DNA from: Pseudomonas aeruginosa
GTDB lineage: Bacteria; Pseudomonadota; Gammaproteobacteria; Pseudomonadales; Pseudomonadaceae
Direction: 5' to 3'
NCBI RefSeq assembly: GCF_001457615.1
Contig: NZ_LN831024.1
Location: forward strand, 900,001 to 932,000
DNA: 32,000 nucleotides
Positions 30,556 to 32,000 of the stretch are shown here, in pieces. Position 1 is the first letter of the stretch. Every line of letters starts with the position of its first letter. Below the pieces are notes generated by a model. That model saw only the letters and a program-made list of their open reading frames with translations. It had not been told where the DNA came from and ran no database searches. Position numbers and translations under genes: made by a program.

Positions 30556-31200
30556 ATGTCCCTACATCGCATTCGCGTAATGGTTGCGGATGATCATCCC
30601 GCCATTTCGCTGGGTATTTCCTACGAACTGAGTCAGTGCGGTTCTCTGGAGATGCTCGGTCAAGTTTCCAATTCTACCGAGTTGATCGGTCGGCTCAACG
30701 AAGGCGACTGCGATGTCGTTATCGTCGACTATACGATGCCGGGCGGGAAATATGGCGATGGACTGGCATTGTTGTCATTGCTGCGGCGACGTTATCCGCA
30801 TCTGCAATTGGTTGTCTTTACCATGCTGAACAATCCGGGCCTTATCCGGGCCATTCTCAAGCAGGGTATCAATTGCATCCTCAGCAAGTCCGACTCGACC
30901 AGTCACCTGCTGGCGGCGGTGAGCGCGGCCTATTCGCGAAACCAGTATTTCTCGCCGTCGATCAGGGACATCTTCGTCAACCAGGTGCTTTCCTCGCACA
31001 ACGAACGGCTGACGCCCCGGGAGGCGGAAATCGTCCGTCTGTTCGGCTCCGGACTGACCATCACCGAGATCGCCGAGCGCTCGCATCGCAGCGTGCAGAC
31101 CATCAGTACGCAGAAGGTCAGTGCCATGAAGAAGCTCGGCATCAAGCGCGATGCCGACCTAATCAGGTATGCGGCGGAGGGCTATTGCCGGATGCCCTGA
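30556..31200 (+). CDS. NarL/LuxR-family response regulator, RcsB-like
   Basis: 214 aa; REC domain with DYTMPGGKYGDGLALLSLLRRRYPHLQLVVFTM and HTH LTPREAEIVRLFGSGLTITEIAERSHRSVQTISTQKVSAMKKLGI. Confidence 0.92.
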   Translation: MSLHRIRVMVADDHPAISLGISYELSQCGSLEMLGQVSNSTELIGRLNEGDCDVVIVDYTMPGGKYGDGLALLSLLRRRYPHLQLVVFTMLNNPGLIRAILKQGINCILSKSDSTSHLLAAVSAAYSRNQYFSPSIRDIFVNQVLSSHNERLTPREAEIVRLFGSGLTITEIAERSHRSVQTISTQKVSAMKKLGIKRDADLIRYAAEGYCRMP

Positions 31201-31214
31201 CGGATCGGCCCGCT

Positions 31215-31904
31215 TCACCAGGGCAGCGGCTGGTTCCGATAATCGACGAAGCGACAGGCATTCACGCCCGCGGCATCCTCCACCGTCGCGACCAGTCCGG
31301 CGGCGCTTTCCTCGACGCTCAGCGGCGCGCTGTCGCCGCCCATTTCGGTACGCACCCAGCCGGGATGCAGGAGCAACAGGCTGAACGGCAACTCCTCGAA
31401 CTCGCCCTCCCAACTGCGTACCAGGCTGTTCAGCGCCGCCTTGCTGGCGCCGTAGAGCGGCATCGTGGCCGACAGGCCCAGCGCCAGGCTGGCCATCTGC
31501 GAACTCATGAACGCCACCACGCCACCCCGGCTAACCCGTCCGGACAGTGCCCTGGCCAGGCGCAGCGGCGCGATGGCGTTGGTCAGGAATAGCTGGGCGG
31601 TCTGCTCGGCGTCGATTTCCGCCACATCCTGTTGCTGCGGGCCGTAGATGCCGGCGTTGACGATCAGGCGATCGATCCGCCGCTCGCCCAGCATCTCGCC
31701 GATGCGTTCGGCGCAATCGTGTTGGTTGAGGTCGCCGGTCACCGCTTGCAAGCGCTCCCCGGCCCGCTCCGCCAGTGCCTGCAGCCCGGGAGAGCCTTGC
31801 GGTCGCCGGGCGACGGCGAATACCTGTGCGCCACGTTGCAGGAAGGCATCCGCCAGTCCCAGGCCGATGCCGCGCGAGGCGCCGACGATCAGAACGTTGT
31901 GCAT
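31215..31904 (-). CDS. Short-chain dehydrogenase/reductase
   Basis: NVLIVGASRGIGLGLADAFLQRGAQVFAVARRP, LIVNAGIYGP, LYGASKAALNSLVR, LLHPGWVRTEMGG. Confidence 0.92.
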   Translation of the reverse strand: MHNVLIVGASRGIGLGLADAFLQRGAQVFAVARRPQGSPGLQALAERAGERLQAVTGDLNQHDCAERIGEMLGERRIDRLIVNAGIYGPQQQDVAEIDAEQTAQLFLTNAIAPLRLARALSGRVSRGGVVAFMSSQMASLALGLSATMPLYGASKAALNSLVRSWEGEFEELPFSLLLLHPGWVRTEMGGDSAPLSVEESAAGLVATVEDAAGVNACRFVDYRNQPLPW

Positions 31905-32000
31905 GAGGTTCTCCGGGCGATAAAGCGGACAGGATACCCAAGCGCGTCCCGCTGCGTAACCGCCGCGGCGACCGGCCGCGGCGGCCTCGACCTTACCGCA

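Overview
The window is high-GC, chromosome-like DNA that I recognise by gene content and order as Pseudomonas aeruginosa. It corresponds approximately to the PA4106-PA4079 neighbourhood, reversed relative to PAO1 numbering; this is from memory, not a search. From left to right it contains: (i) the 3' part of a DUF692/MNIO enzyme gene overlapping a DUF2063 partner gene, then three palindromic repeat units and a terminator, then a convergent DoxX-family gene; (ii) a ferric-reductase-like membrane protein gene; (iii) the bfmS/bfmR two-component system and a divergent small DUF2790 gene; (iv) a minus-strand catabolic-type cluster (GMC oxidoreductase, OprB-like porin, SDR, Zn-alcohol dehydrogenase, MFS transporter, dihydroxyacetophenone-dioxygenase-like cupin) with a divergent AraC regulator; (v) a PaaI-type thioesterase and HpaC/HpaA-type two-component flavin hydroxylase genes; (vi) DUF2218, SDR, class III aminotransferase and MoaF-like genes; (vii) the complete cupB1-cupB6 chaperone-usher locus with an embedded TpsA-like adhesin (CupB5) and a downstream RcsB-like response regulator; (viii) a final SDR gene. 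Main points worth follow-up are the MNIO/DUF2063 (bufferin-like RiPP) pair, a shared tandem TGTAT-type motif upstream of bfmR and the gene downstream of bfmS (candidate BfmR regulon element), the hybrid chaperone-usher/TpsA architecture, and a near-perfect 20-bp dyad in the AT-rich region before the RcsB-like regulator. I saw no RNA genes, CRISPR arrays or mobile elements.
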